Assembly: GCA_016203135.1 (NCBI GenBank)
Contig: JACQNI010000078.1
Coordinates: forward strand, 1,157-65,156
Direction: 5' to 3'
DNA length: 64,000 bases
From: Candidatus Woesearchaeota archaeon
GTDB taxonomy: Archaea; Nanobdellota; Nanobdellia; SCGC-AAA011-G17; JACPNG01
The notes beneath the pieces were generated by a model. It did no database searches and had not been told where the DNA came from. It saw nothing but the letters and a program-made list of their open reading frames with translations. The translations under genes were made by a program, and so were the position numbers. How positions within the stretch are numbered: position 1 is the first letter of the stretch; each line of letters starts with the position of its first letter. This document shows positions 1 to 12,601 of the stretch, in pieces.

Positions 1-201
1 GCCAGAAGCAATAAAATTTATTATAGGAATTATGCTTAATACCAAGCCAATTAACAATTTTTTTACATCAGTAAATGGTCTCTTCAATGCTTCATTATAG
101 TCAAGCATTAATTTATCACCCCTTTTTCCCAGAATAAGCCCCAGTTTTAATTATATAAACATTTAGAACAACTATAGAGTATTGAATTTGTTTTTATTTG
201 G

Positions 202-1014
202 CTAAGGATCTAATCTAAAAAATCTTGTTTGCCACATTGGAGATTTAAGAACATCTCCATATTTTTGAATTAATTTTGGAGCCTTGCCAAAAAGATTCAT
301 CATTTGGTGATATATTACTTGAGCATCAAATGACAAGCACGGGCCATCTACTTCTTTTAATCTTTCAACTAAATCAGCTTTTGCTTCTTCAATCATGCTC
401 TTATCCTTTGCTTTTAGTTGCCTGAAATATACTACACCAAGATTTTTGGTCTTAACTGTTTTTTCTGTATGTTGAATCTGTCCATCTACAATAGCTAATT
501 CTGCATAATTCTCTGGCATTTTTGAATCTAATTCTTCATATAATCTTTTCATTTCTCCCAGTGTTTTTTCTCTATCAACCCTGCCAACTAAATGTCTTTT
601 ATCAAACTCATCAAAAACTTTATCTGGATCAGCTAAATCCCTCTGAATGTCTTTCCAAAGACCCATTTCTTTTGGACTTTCTATTGTTGCAGCAGCAACA
701 AGATAGTTTAAATCAAATAACGCAGCTGCATCATTTGTTATTCCACCAAAACCAGTATATTCTTCTAATCCTCTTTTAGCAATAACATCTAAATATTCCC
801 TAAATGGAACAGTATAACACTTTGTATTCTTACACTTTCCAGATTTAGCAACTTCCAAATCTGATTCTTTTACTTTTAGAATTCCAATATGTTTTTCGAT
901 TACTTCATTAACAGACCTACTTACTTGAATAACATCAGATCTATCAATGCCAAAATATACTTCATCTTTAACTACATATAAATTTGGTTTTACAACATCA
1001 TATTCTAATTTCAT
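202..1014 (-). CDS. conserved hypothetical protein (270 aa), function not recognised
   Basis: Long ORF with regular composition, upstream of infB. No motif I can assign. Confidence 0.45.
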   Translation of the reverse strand: MKLEYDVVKPNLYVVKDEVYFGIDRSDVIQVSRSVNEVIEKHIGILKVKESDLEVAKSGKCKNTKCYTVPFREYLDVIAKRGLEEYTGFGGITNDAAALFDLNYLVAAATIESPKEMGLWKDIQRDLADPDKVFDEFDKRHLVGRVDREKTLGEMKRLYEELDSKMPENYAELAIVDGQIQHTEKTVKTKNLGVVYFRQLKAKDKSMIEEAKADLVERLKEVDGPCLSFDAQVIYHQMMNLFGKAPKLIQKYGDVLKSPMWQTRFFRLDP

Positions 1015-1115
1015 ATCGGTTATTTTAATACTAAATCTTATAAATGTTTTGATTTTATAATTACTTTTGAGTTAATAATAAAAAACTTTATAAATACCAA
1101 GAGTATTTTAAACTA

Positions 1116-1415
1116 TTGAATAAAATGCCAAAACTTTTAATTTTTCAGAGATTTGATTTGGATTTAGAAGCGATGACTCAATTAAGCAAAGAAGAGTTAT
1201 CGAATCTTCTGGGGGCTGGAAGAAACTTGACAAGAGGACTACTGGAAGAAGGATATTCTGTATTAGAATCAAATGAAAGTTTTTGTGGCATTAATAATAG
1301 CATTATTGTTGGTGGAGAATATGGCCAAGATCATAAAGTTGATTTTTACGGCCTTGCCAATATCTTAGGTTTAAGATATTATAAATCTGGACAATATTAT
1401 ACACAGAAACAATAA
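1116..1415 (+). CDS. small hypothetical protein (99 aa) with leader-like N-terminus (LSKEELSNLLGAG)
   Basis: ORF only. N-terminal segment resembles a double-glycine-type leader (LS.EEL..LLGAG). Speculative. Confidence 0.3.
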   Translation: MNKMPKLLIFQRFDLDLEAMTQLSKEELSNLLGAGRNLTRGLLEEGYSVLESNESFCGINNSIIVGGEYGQDHKVDFYGLANILGLRYYKSGQYYTQKQ

Positions 1416-1490
1416 ACATTCATTTAACTTCTATAATTTTATTATTCTACAATCAAAAACCTTTAAAAACACTTTTTCTTTGCTTTTTAA

Positions 1491-3203
1491 ATGATTAGAC
1501 AGCCAATAGTTGTACTGGTAGGCCATGTAGACCATGGCAAGTCAAGTATTTTAGAGAAATTAAAAGATATATCTATATTAAAATACGAGCCTGGAGCAAT
1601 AACCCAGAAGATTTCTTCAGTCAACATACCATTTGAAGACATAAGAAGAATCTCAGGAAGCCTATTAGATCAATTAAAAATAAAATTGACAATTCCTGGT
1701 TTATTGCTCATAGACACCCCAGGACATGCAAGCTTCACAAATTTAAGAAAACGAGGAGGCAGTATTGCAGACATAGCAATTCTTGTTGTGGATATTAACG
1801 AGCTAGTAAAACCGCAGACAGAAGAGGCAATAGAAATTTTAAAAGCATACAAAACACCATTCATAGTTGCACTAAACAAAATAGATTCTATATATGGCTG
1901 GAAAACAACCAAAGACCAATTAATAAAAAGCATTTCAACCCAAAGTGAAAATGTAAGAAAAAAACTTGATGATCAGCTTTATACCCTAGTCGGAAAACTA
2001 CATGGTTTTAACATAACATCTGAAAGATTCGATAAGATAGACAATTTTACAAAGCAGGTTGCAATAGTTCCTTGCAGTGCTAAGACCGGTCAAGGTATTC
2101 CAGAAATAGTAATGGTAATAGCTGGACTAGCCCAGAAATATCTTGAAGATAAATTAAAAATCCATGAAAAAGAAGAGACAAAAGGGACTATTTTAGAAGT
2201 AAGGGAAGAAAAGGGCTTAGGAATAATCATAGAGGTAATAATATATAGCGGATCATTAAAAGTAAACGATCAGCTTGTAATAGGCAACATAGACAAGCCA
2301 ATTATAACAAGAGTAAGATCATTATTTGTAAAAGACAATAAATCATTAAAGAATTCCAATCAAGTAAATGCAGCATCCAGCGTAATTATATTCGCGCCAG
2401 ATATAAAAGAAGCAATTGCAGGCATGCCCTTGATTGTAGCAAATAAAAATACAGAAGAAGCAGAAAAAAAGGTTCAAAAAGAAGTCCAGGAAATAGTTAT
2501 AGAAAGGGATCAAGAAGGAATAATCATAAAGGCAGATTCTCTCGGTAGTTTAGAAGCCTTAATTTCTTTGTTAAAAGAAAAAAACATTCAGATAAAAAGG
2601 GCAACAATAGGAAACATAACAAAAAAAGACATAACAGAAGCCCTTGCATCAAAAGATCCATTAAACAAAGCAATCCTTGCCTTTAATGTAAAAAGCGAAG
2701 ACAGCTCAGTAAAAATAATTTCAAGCGATATAATATACAAGATAATTGAAGATTTTGAAAAATGGAGGGAAGATTCTAGTAAAAACATAGTAAAAACAGA
2801 GTTAGGAGAATTAACCCCTTTATGCAAGATCGAATTGATGGAAGGTTATGTATTCAGGCAAAGCAACCCAGCTGTTATCGGCGTTGATATAATTTCAGGC
2901 AATTTAAAAACAAATATCACTTTATTAAATCTTGAAGGCAAAGAAATAACTCGAGTAAAAAGCATTCAGCATGAAAAGAAGAATATAAATGAAATAGCTT
3001 CAGGAAATCAGGTAGCCCTAGCTTTATCAGGAGTGACCATAGGCAGACAAATAAAAGAAAAAGATATACTCTATTCAGACCTGACAGAAGAAGAATTCAA
3101 GAAATACAAGAAATTAAAAAGATTTTTAAATCCTAGTGAAATCAAAATACTAAAAGAAATAGCAGAAATCAAAAGAAAGGATAACCCATCTTGGGGAATG
3201 TAA
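1491..3203 (+). CDS. infB: translation initiation factor aIF5B / IF-2 (GTPase)
   Basis: GTPase motifs GHVDHGKSS (G1), DTPGH (G3), NKID (G4). Domain order and length typical of archaeal aIF5B. No intein. Confidence 0.9.
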   Translation: MIRQPIVVLVGHVDHGKSSILEKLKDISILKYEPGAITQKISSVNIPFEDIRRISGSLLDQLKIKLTIPGLLLIDTPGHASFTNLRKRGGSIADIAILVVDINELVKPQTEEAIEILKAYKTPFIVALNKIDSIYGWKTTKDQLIKSISTQSENVRKKLDDQLYTLVGKLHGFNITSERFDKIDNFTKQVAIVPCSAKTGQGIPEIVMVIAGLAQKYLEDKLKIHEKEETKGTILEVREEKGLGIIIEVIIYSGSLKVNDQLVIGNIDKPIITRVRSLFVKDNKSLKNSNQVNAASSVIIFAPDIKEAIAGMPLIVANKNTEEAEKKVQKEVQEIVIERDQEGIIIKADSLGSLEALISLLKEKNIQIKRATIGNITKKDITEALASKDPLNKAILAFNVKSEDSSVKIISSDIIYKIIEDFEKWREDSSKNIVKTELGELTPLCKIELMEGYVFRQSNPAVIGVDIISGNLKTNITLLNLEGKEITRVKSIQHEKKNINEIASGNQVALALSGVTIGRQIKEKDILYSDLTEEEFKKYKKLKRFLNPSEIKILKEIAEIKRKDNPSWGM

Positions 3204-3205
3204 AT

Positions 3206-3601
3206 ATGCCAGAATTTATTTTAACAATAAGCAAGGATAAGAAAAGTTACAAGAAAGCAATAGATACAGATTTATTCAAAGGTAAAAAAATAGGAGACCT
3301 AGTTCCAGGAAATTCCCTTGGTTTAGAAGGTTATGAATTAAAGATTACTGGAGGCTCAGATACCTCAGGATTTCCGATGAGGCCAGACTTAAAAATAGTC
3401 GGCAGAAGAAAAATATTGATAGTAAAAGGAATTGGCTTAAGAAAAAATAGAAAGGGTATAAAAAGAAGAAAAACAGTAGTAGGCAATCAGATAAGTTTAA
3501 ACACAAAGCAGATCAATCTTATGGTTACAAAAGAAGGTTCTAAAAGCATAGACGAAGTTTTTGGTGTAAAACAAGAGGAGAAAAATGAACTACAAAGTTA
3601 A
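3206..3601 (+). CDS. rps6e: 30S ribosomal protein S6e
   Basis: MPEFILTISKDKK...GKKIGDLVPG..LGLEGYELKITGGSDTSGFPMRPDL matches the S6e signature. Start moved to the ATG at 3206, just after the infB stop. Confidence 0.9.
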   Translation: MPEFILTISKDKKSYKKAIDTDLFKGKKIGDLVPGNSLGLEGYELKITGGSDTSGFPMRPDLKIVGRRKILIVKGIGLRKNRKGIKRRKTVVGNQISLNTKQINLMVTKEGSKSIDEVFGVKQEEKNELQS

Positions 3602-3878
3602 AAGCATTATCATAGGAAGGAAAAAAAATGAAAGTAAGTCTTTACAAGGAAGGCCTTGCTTTATCTCAATGTTTGACATAAACGATCCCCATATAAAAAA
3701 CATTTCCCCAAAAAAAATATTAGATTTCAAGTCAATTAAAAAAATAATCCTGAAGGGTTTTGAAGTAAACTACCTTCTTGAAGGGAATGATATATTGGTA
3801 AATAATTTGTCTTCTTTAGTCATCCAGGAAAACCAGAAAAATGGGTATTTAGTGCTTTCAGGAAAACAAGATTTATAA
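3585..3878 (+). CDS. hypothetical protein (97 aa)
   Basis: ORF between rps6e and aIF2-gamma. No recognisable motif. Confidence 0.3.
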   Translation: MNYKVKSIIIGRKKNESKSLQGRPCFISMFDINDPHIKNISPKKILDFKSIKKIILKGFEVNYLLEGNDILVNNLSSLVIQENQKNGYLVLSGKQDL

Positions 3879-4011
3879 ATATTCATTCTTAAAAATATTA
3901 ACTTCAGCCAAAACAAGATTAAGAGAAATAAAGTTTATAAAGAAAACAATTTATCCTTTTTTAACTCACAATGACAAAATCAATAAATTCGATCAATTGG
4001 AGGCAAATGAC

Positions 4012-5289
4012 TTGAATAAAAAAACCGTAGAAGGGTTGCAACCCACAATTAACATTGGTCTCGTTGGACATTAAATAATTAAGGTTATTTAAACCAAAGA
4101 CGTAGACAATGGTAAGACCACCCTGCTTCAAAGAATTAGTGGAATATGGACAGACACCCATTCTGAGGAAATAAAACGAGGAATAACAATAAGATTAGGA
4201 TATGCAAACACAGCCTTCTATAAATGCAGCAAGTGCAAAGATCTAGATATATATAAAACCAAAGACATATGTGATATTCATAAGACAAAATGTGAAGTCA
4301 TAAAAAAAGTTAGTTTTGTTGATGCCCCTGGACATGAAACATTGATGGCAACTATGCTTTCTGGTGCAGCAATAATGGATGCAGCATTGCTGCTTATAGC
4401 TGCAAATGAGCCATGTCCACAACCACAAACAAAAGAGCATCTTATGGCCCTAGAAATTATCGGAATAAAAGATATTATCATAGTTCAAAACAAAATAGAT
4501 CTAGTTTCAGAAGAACAGGCTAAGGAAAACTATAACCAAATTAAGAATTTTGTAAAGGGAACAATAGCAGAGCAAGCACCAATAATACCAATATCAGCCC
4601 AGCATAATACAAACATAGATTATTTAATAAAAACAATAGTTGAAAATTTCAAGATTCCAAAAAGAGATCCAAAAAAACCACCAATAATGTTGATAGCAAG
4701 AAGCTTTGACATTAACAAGCCAGGAACAGAAATCAAAGACTTGGTGGGAGGAGCTTTAGGAGGATCTTTAAAGCAGGGGATTCTTAAGCAGGGCGATGAA
4801 ATAGAAATAGTTCCTGGTTTAAGGAAAGAAAAAGACAACAAAATAATATATCAGTCAATAAAAACAGAGATAGTAAGGATAATGACAGGAAAAGAAGAGA
4901 TTGACCAAGCATCTCCAGGGGGATCCATTGGCATTTCTACCAAACTTGATCCAAGCATTGTAAAAGCAGATTCATTGATAGGCAATATAATAGGCCATCC
5001 AGGAAAACTGCCAAAAGTCTGGGATTCTTTTAAGTTAAAGCAGCATCTTCTTGAAAAAGTAGTCGGCCTAAAAGACGAACTAGCTGTTGAACCCATAAAA
5101 AAAGGGGAAACTTTGATGTTGAACGTAAATTCAGCAACAACAGTAGCAACAGTAACAGATCTTAGTAAAGATAAGATAAATCTAAAATTAAAGCTTCCTG
5201 TTGCTGCTGATTTAACAGATAGAATAACTATTTCTAGATTAATTGGATCAAGATTTAGATTGATTGGCTGGGGCCAGATTGAGAATTAA
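4012..5289 (+). CDS. eif2g: translation initiation factor aIF2 gamma subunit, reading frame interrupted by a 30-nt in-frame insert carrying two TAA stops
   Basis: Upstream frame translates to ...VEGLQPTINIGLVGH, then insert TAAATAATTAAGGTTATTTAAACCAAAGAC. Frame then resumes as VDNGKTTLLQRISGIWTDTHSEEIKRGITIRLGYA..CSKC..CDIHKTKC..VSFVDAPGHE and continues into the 315-aa ORF 4342..5289. Collinear with archaeal aIF2-gamma, including the zinc ribbon. Probable TTG start at 4012; 3997 or 4036 are alternatives. No in-frame ATG upstream. Confidence 0.85.
4072..4101 (+). other. 30-nt in-frame intervening sequence inside the aIF2-gamma P-loop (GHVD^NGKT); perfect 8-bp hairpin 4071-4078/4085-4092, two TAA codons
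   Basis: Removing exactly 30 nt (three equivalent placements, 4070-4099 to 4072-4101) restores a canonical G1 motif GHVDNGKT. Stem TTAAATAA / TTATTTAA with loop TTAAGG. Confidence 0.6.
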
Positions 5290-5950
5290 TATCTTTCCTA
5301 ACTCTAAACCTAATATATCTTTCTATACTTGGAAAATCAGTTCCGTTGGATAAAACTTCCTCTTCATAATTTACAATTAAATTTTTTTTGCCCCTAGCTA
5401 AATTGGCTCTTAGAGTATTAGGATTCATTTTCCTAGATCTAGAAATCTCTGCTATACTTAAGTTATTTATGATTCTGTCTATCAATATAGGTCTATAATT
5501 TCTATGTACCCTATTTAAAGAACGATTCAACAATTTAGAATATTCATCAATTCTTATTTTATCTCCAGGGATAGCCCTAGTATCACGAAGATATAAACTA
5601 TCCTTACCTAAGTCATCTAAATTTAATTCTTGATTTATTTTTCTTTCTCTTCTCATAAGTTGATATGCTTCATTTCTAGCTATTCTATAAACCCAATTTA
5701 TAAATTTACTTTCATCCTTTAAATCAGAAATTTTTTGATATGCTAAAATAAAAGTTTTTTGTGTTAAGTCTTCTGCATGATCTCTTGGATTATTAAGACG
5801 AAATTTAAAAAGTAAAGTTTGAAGATATCCAAATACTTGTGGTGAATATTCTTTATATAATGATGAAAAGGCAGCTTGATCCCCTTGCTTTGCTTTAATC
5901 ACTATTTCTTCTAAATCACTTTGTGCTTCCATTTTTAACAGTCCTTGCAA
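5255..5950 (-). CDS. ECF-type sigma-70 family protein (bacterial-type sigma factor homolog); likely start at Met7 (5932)
   Basis: Region 2 DLTQKTFILAYQKISDLKDESKFINWVYRIARNEAYQLMRRERK matches the ECF pattern DLxQETF...F.(N/T)WLYRIARN...RR.R. Region 4 LSIAEISRSRKMNPNTLRANLARGKKNL matches the HTH of ECF sigma. Directly downstream of gyrA, same strand. Confidence 0.7.
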   Translation of the reverse strand: MQGLLKMEAQSDLEEIVIKAKQGDQAAFSSLYKEYSPQVFGYLQTLLFKFRLNNPRDHAEDLTQKTFILAYQKISDLKDESKFINWVYRIARNEAYQLMRRERKINQELNLDDLGKDSLYLRDTRAIPGDKIRIDEYSKLLNRSLNRVHRNYRPILIDRIINNLSIAEISRSRKMNPNTLRANLARGKKNLIVNYEEEVLSNGTDFPSIERYIRFRVRKDINSQSGPSQSI

Positions 5951-8326
5951 CAGTAGTTACTTTATCCCCTTCCCTTAATTTCATTAAAGTAACACCTTGT
6001 GTGTTTCTTCCAATAGATGAAACATTTATCATAGGCATTCTTATAACTATTCCACTCTTGCTTATTATCATAACTTCATCATCATCTCTAACGGTTTTTA
6101 TTCCAACGACTTTTCCATTTCTTTCATTGATCTTAATATTTATTACTCCGCTTCCCCCCCTTCTGATCAATCTATAATCATCCATATCAGTTCTCTTGCC
6201 AAACCCATTTTCAGTAACGGTCAATAATGTTGCATTTTTCAAAGCTACTTCTAATCCAACAACTTCATCATCTCCCCTCAACTTTATTCCCCTGACTCCA
6301 GTAGCATTTCTTCCCATTTGTCTTACATCGTTTTCATTGAACTTTACAGCCTGGCCGTTTTTGCTTGCCAAGATAAATTCCAGATTTCCAGGAGTTAATC
6401 TAACACTAACAAGTTCATCATTATCCCTTATGTTTATAGCCCTAATTCCACCATGCCTTGGTCTTGAATATTCCTCAAGGGATGTTTTCTTTAACAATCC
6501 TTTTTTAGTTACAAATATCAAATAATGTTGATTGTTAAAATTAGCTAATGGCAATATTGCATTTAACTTTTCATCCTTTTCCAGATTTATAAGATTAACA
6601 ATCGCTTTTCCCTTTGCTATTCTGCTTCCAGGCGGTATCTGATATGCCTTTAGCCAGTGAACTTTTCCTTTGTTTGTAAAAAATAATAAAGTGCTATGAT
6701 TATTTGTGATAAACATATGTTCAATTAAATCATCATCTGAAACATTGACTCCTTTTACCCCAATTCCCCCCCTAGCCTGGCTTCTGTATAATGCTAAGGA
6801 AGTCTGTTTTATATATCCAGAATAAGTTGCAGTGATAACAACATCTTCCTTTTGTATTAAATCCTCTACAAGAATCTCTTCTTCTATATCCAATATTTCT
6901 GTTCTTCTATCGTCTCCAAATTTGTTTTTTATTTCTAAAAGTTCTTTCTTTATAATATCAAATATCTTTTCTTGGGAATTTAATATGCTTTGAAGTTCTT
7001 TTATCAAGCTTTGAAGTTCTTTTATTTCATTTTTTATTTTATCCTGCTCTAAAGAAGTTAATCTCTGTAGTCTCATTTCAAGGATTGAGTTGCTTTGTAT
7101 TTCAGTTAAGTTATATTTTTCAATCAATCCTTTTCTTGCTATTGCAACATCTTTGCTGTTTTTAATTAACTTTACTACATCATCAATATTGTTTAATGCT
7201 ATTGCCAGCCCTTCAAGAACATGAAGCCTATTTTTTGCTTTTTCAAGATCAAACTTTGTCCTTCTTGTTATAACTATTACTCTATGATCAATAAAACTCT
7301 GCATTGCCTGCTTTAGATTAAAAATAATTGGCTGGTTTTTATCCAAGGCAATTAACATGGCCCCAAAAGTAACTTCCATTTGGGTATTTTTATAAAGCTG
7401 ATTTAAAATTACCTCTGCATTATACCCTTTTTTAATTTCAATCATAATTCCCATTCCCTTGCTATCACTCTCATCCCTTATGTCAGAAATTCCTTCTACG
7501 CTTTTTTCTCTTACTAAAGTTGCAATATTTTCAATCAAAGAATTCTTATTTACTTGATAAGGGATTTCAGTTATGATTATTTTGTTTTCTTCTATTTTAG
7601 TTTTGGCTCTTAATTTAATATGCCCCCTTCCGTTTTTATACATGTTTAGGATTCCATTTCTTCCAACAATCATTCCAGCGGTAGGAAAATCCGGTCCCTT
7701 GACAAACTGCATTAACTGATTAATGTCTGCCTCTTTATTATCAATCAAATGAATAATTCCATCAATGACTTCCCTTAAATTATGCGGTGGAAAATTAGTT
7801 GCCATTCCGACAGCTATTCCAGAACTTCCATTGACTAATAAATTTGGAATCTTAGAAGGAAAAACAACTGGTTCCTTATTTGTTCCGTCAAAATTAGGAA
7901 TAAAATCTACTGTATCTTTTTCTATATCTTGAAGTAATTCTTCTCCAAACTTGCTTAATCTTGACTCTGTATATCTTTGGGCCGCAGCAGAAAATCCTTC
8001 TATTGATCCAAAATTACCATGACCGTCTATTAATGTATATCTTAAAGAAAATGGCTGAACCATCCTGACTAATGCATCATAAACAGCCATGTCTCCATGA
8101 GGATGTCTTTTTGCAATAACATTTCCAACAGCAGCTGCACTTTTTCTAAATTGCTTGTCGCTAGTCATGCCTTCTTCATACATTGTATATAAAATTCTTC
8201 TATGAACTGGTTTTAAACCATCATTTATGTCCGGTAAGGCTCTTGAAACTATTACAGACATTGCATAATCCATATATGCTTCCTTCATCTCCTCTTCAAT
8301 CAGTTTTTGTTGTATTTCTTCTGCCA

Positions 8327-8327
<1 letters not shown>
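5916..8327 (-). CDS. gyrA: DNA gyrase subunit A
   Basis: N-terminal domain with active-site Tyr in AAQRYTESRL. C-terminal beta-pinwheel with GyrA box QARGGIGVKG. 803 aa. Confidence 0.95.
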
Positions 8328-10880
<2,553 letters not shown>

Positions 10881-11282
10881 CTAGCTACCTTGTTTAAATT
10901 AACCCCTTGGTTTTTACAATAAATAAATTAAAATTAGCTTTAATTTCAAAAGCTAACAATCTTTTAATTTCAGCTTTTAAAAATCTTTCTCTGTCTAAAA
11001 GTGCATTTTATTGCATCTACAAGACCTATAGACCTATGTTTTCATTGAATATTGAAAAATATATGCAAAAATTATGAAAATAAAGTAAAAAATGAAAAGG
11101 TTTATAAAGTGAAATTTGAAAATGAAAAAATTGCAAAAACAAGCACCATAAGACCTAGTTTAATGAGATTTTGATAGGCAAAATATGGTTTGGCAACAAA
11201 ATTCTAAACCTTCTTAAAATAATTAATTTAAATCACTTAAGAATGGCATCTTTTATAAATACTTTTTATTTTATTTTTAATT

Positions 11283-12563
11283 ATGAAAGGCCATAAACTC
11301 AAGAAAAGACCCAAGAAAGAAACAATTCAAATTATGAAAAGGCTATTAAAAAAAGGAATCAAATCTTCAGAAGCAATATCAAAAAAACTTGGAACAATAA
11401 ATCCAATAACTACTTACCAATATGCTTCATCAGCCAATATAAAAATAAATATGCCCAAAGATTATTGGATATATAACAAAGCAGCTATGAAGAAATATAG
11501 CGTTAAAAAAGCTAAAGAATTATCTAAATTAGTTGATGAGATTTTAAATGATGGAAGTGTAACTTCTTTAGAAGATCTTTGTATTAGACTAGAAACAACA
11601 CCAAGGACACTTTTTCGTTTTGGTTTACATAAACATAAATTAATAAGTAATTTAACCCCTTATAAAACCAATCCAAATATTGATAATTTAGCTGATTTAG
11701 GTTTTTCTCAAACAAAAATTGCAATAAAAAATAATTGCACTATAGAAAATGTAAGACAGCACCTTTTAGCAACTTTGCAATATAAAACATGGGAGAAAAA
11801 AAGGCAAGAAGTAAAAGATAAAGAAAAGTTATTATTATATCAAGAAAAGGCATTGCTAAAAACAGAGAGATTAGAAAAAAACCAAGCAATAAAAAATTTG
11901 CTTTTGGTTTTAAAATATAGATTATTAAAATTAGGGGAAGAGAAAGGATTTGCCTATGAAAAAGCAGCAGAATATATTTATAAAACACCTACAAATCAAA
12001 ATAGTAATTCTTTCAATTCTTTGGTAGCTGCGTTTAAAAGATATGAAAAAGCTAAAAAATCAGGTAAAAAAATAGGATTAGAGAAAATTGTATATGGTTT
12101 AAATATTAGTTTTACCCAAATGGGAAACATTTTAAATAAACTAAACCTAGAACCAATTTATGGAAAAAAACATAGACATACAACCCCAAAAGGAAAAAAG
12201 GCAGCTATCCAAAGAAGTTTTCTTCTTAATTGGTACTATTCAGATATTGGTTACTTCCTTGATTTACCAGATTATATAGTACAACATAATTTGATTGGAA
12301 CTAAACAAAAACGTAATAGGCCTATTAAAAAAGGAAGAAGACTTTTAACTAAAAGGCTAGAAAGCGAGATATATGAAGCAAAAGATCTAACAAAATTAAA
12401 GAATAAAGAGATAATTTTGGCATTGGACATAAACAAAGCGCTTTTCGATTATGTAATTGAATATAGAAATAAAATCGAACCAGAAATAATAAAAGGACTA
12501 AAAATTATTTATGGAAACCCAAACATAGAAAATTCTTATAGGGATTTATCAAAACTACAATAA
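11283..12563 (+). CDS. lysine-rich hypothetical protein (426 aa)
   Basis: Long ORF with basic N-terminus. No recognisable catalytic motif. Preceded by an AT-rich intergenic region with repeated AATGAAAA motifs. Confidence 0.4.
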   Translation: MKGHKLKKRPKKETIQIMKRLLKKGIKSSEAISKKLGTINPITTYQYASSANIKINMPKDYWIYNKAAMKKYSVKKAKELSKLVDEILNDGSVTSLEDLCIRLETTPRTLFRFGLHKHKLISNLTPYKTNPNIDNLADLGFSQTKIAIKNNCTIENVRQHLLATLQYKTWEKKRQEVKDKEKLLLYQEKALLKTERLEKNQAIKNLLLVLKYRLLKLGEEKGFAYEKAAEYIYKTPTNQNSNSFNSLVAAFKRYEKAKKSGKKIGLEKIVYGLNISFTQMGNILNKLNLEPIYGKKHRHTTPKGKKAAIQRSFLLNWYYSDIGYFLDLPDYIVQHNLIGTKQKRNRPIKKGRRLLTKRLESEIYEAKDLTKLKNKEIILALDINKALFDYVIEYRNKIEPEIIKGLKIIYGNPNIENSYRDLSKLQ

Positions 12564-12601
12564 TCCAAAAGATTTAAAAATTCATTTTAAAAATACTTAT
12601 A

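Noticed and set aside
4072-4101. Programmed ribosomal hop (T4 gene 60-like) or stop-codon reassignment as the explanation for the aIF2-gamma interruption
   Set aside because: The take-off codon would be His (CAU), and there is no CAU or CAC landing codon after the hairpin. TAA is used as a normal terminator by neighbouring genes (infB, S6e, L37ae), so stop-codon reassignment is not supported.
4342-5289. Treating 4342..5289 as a complete stand-alone gene, as the ORF track suggests
   Set aside because: It starts in the middle of aIF2-gamma domain I. The upstream frame encodes the missing G1 and zinc-ribbon segments, so the gene is one unit interrupted at 4072-4101.
5923-6525. Plus-strand ORFs 5923..6177 and 6196..6525
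   Set aside because: They are antisense inside gyrA with proline/leucine-rich low-complexity translations. Spurious.
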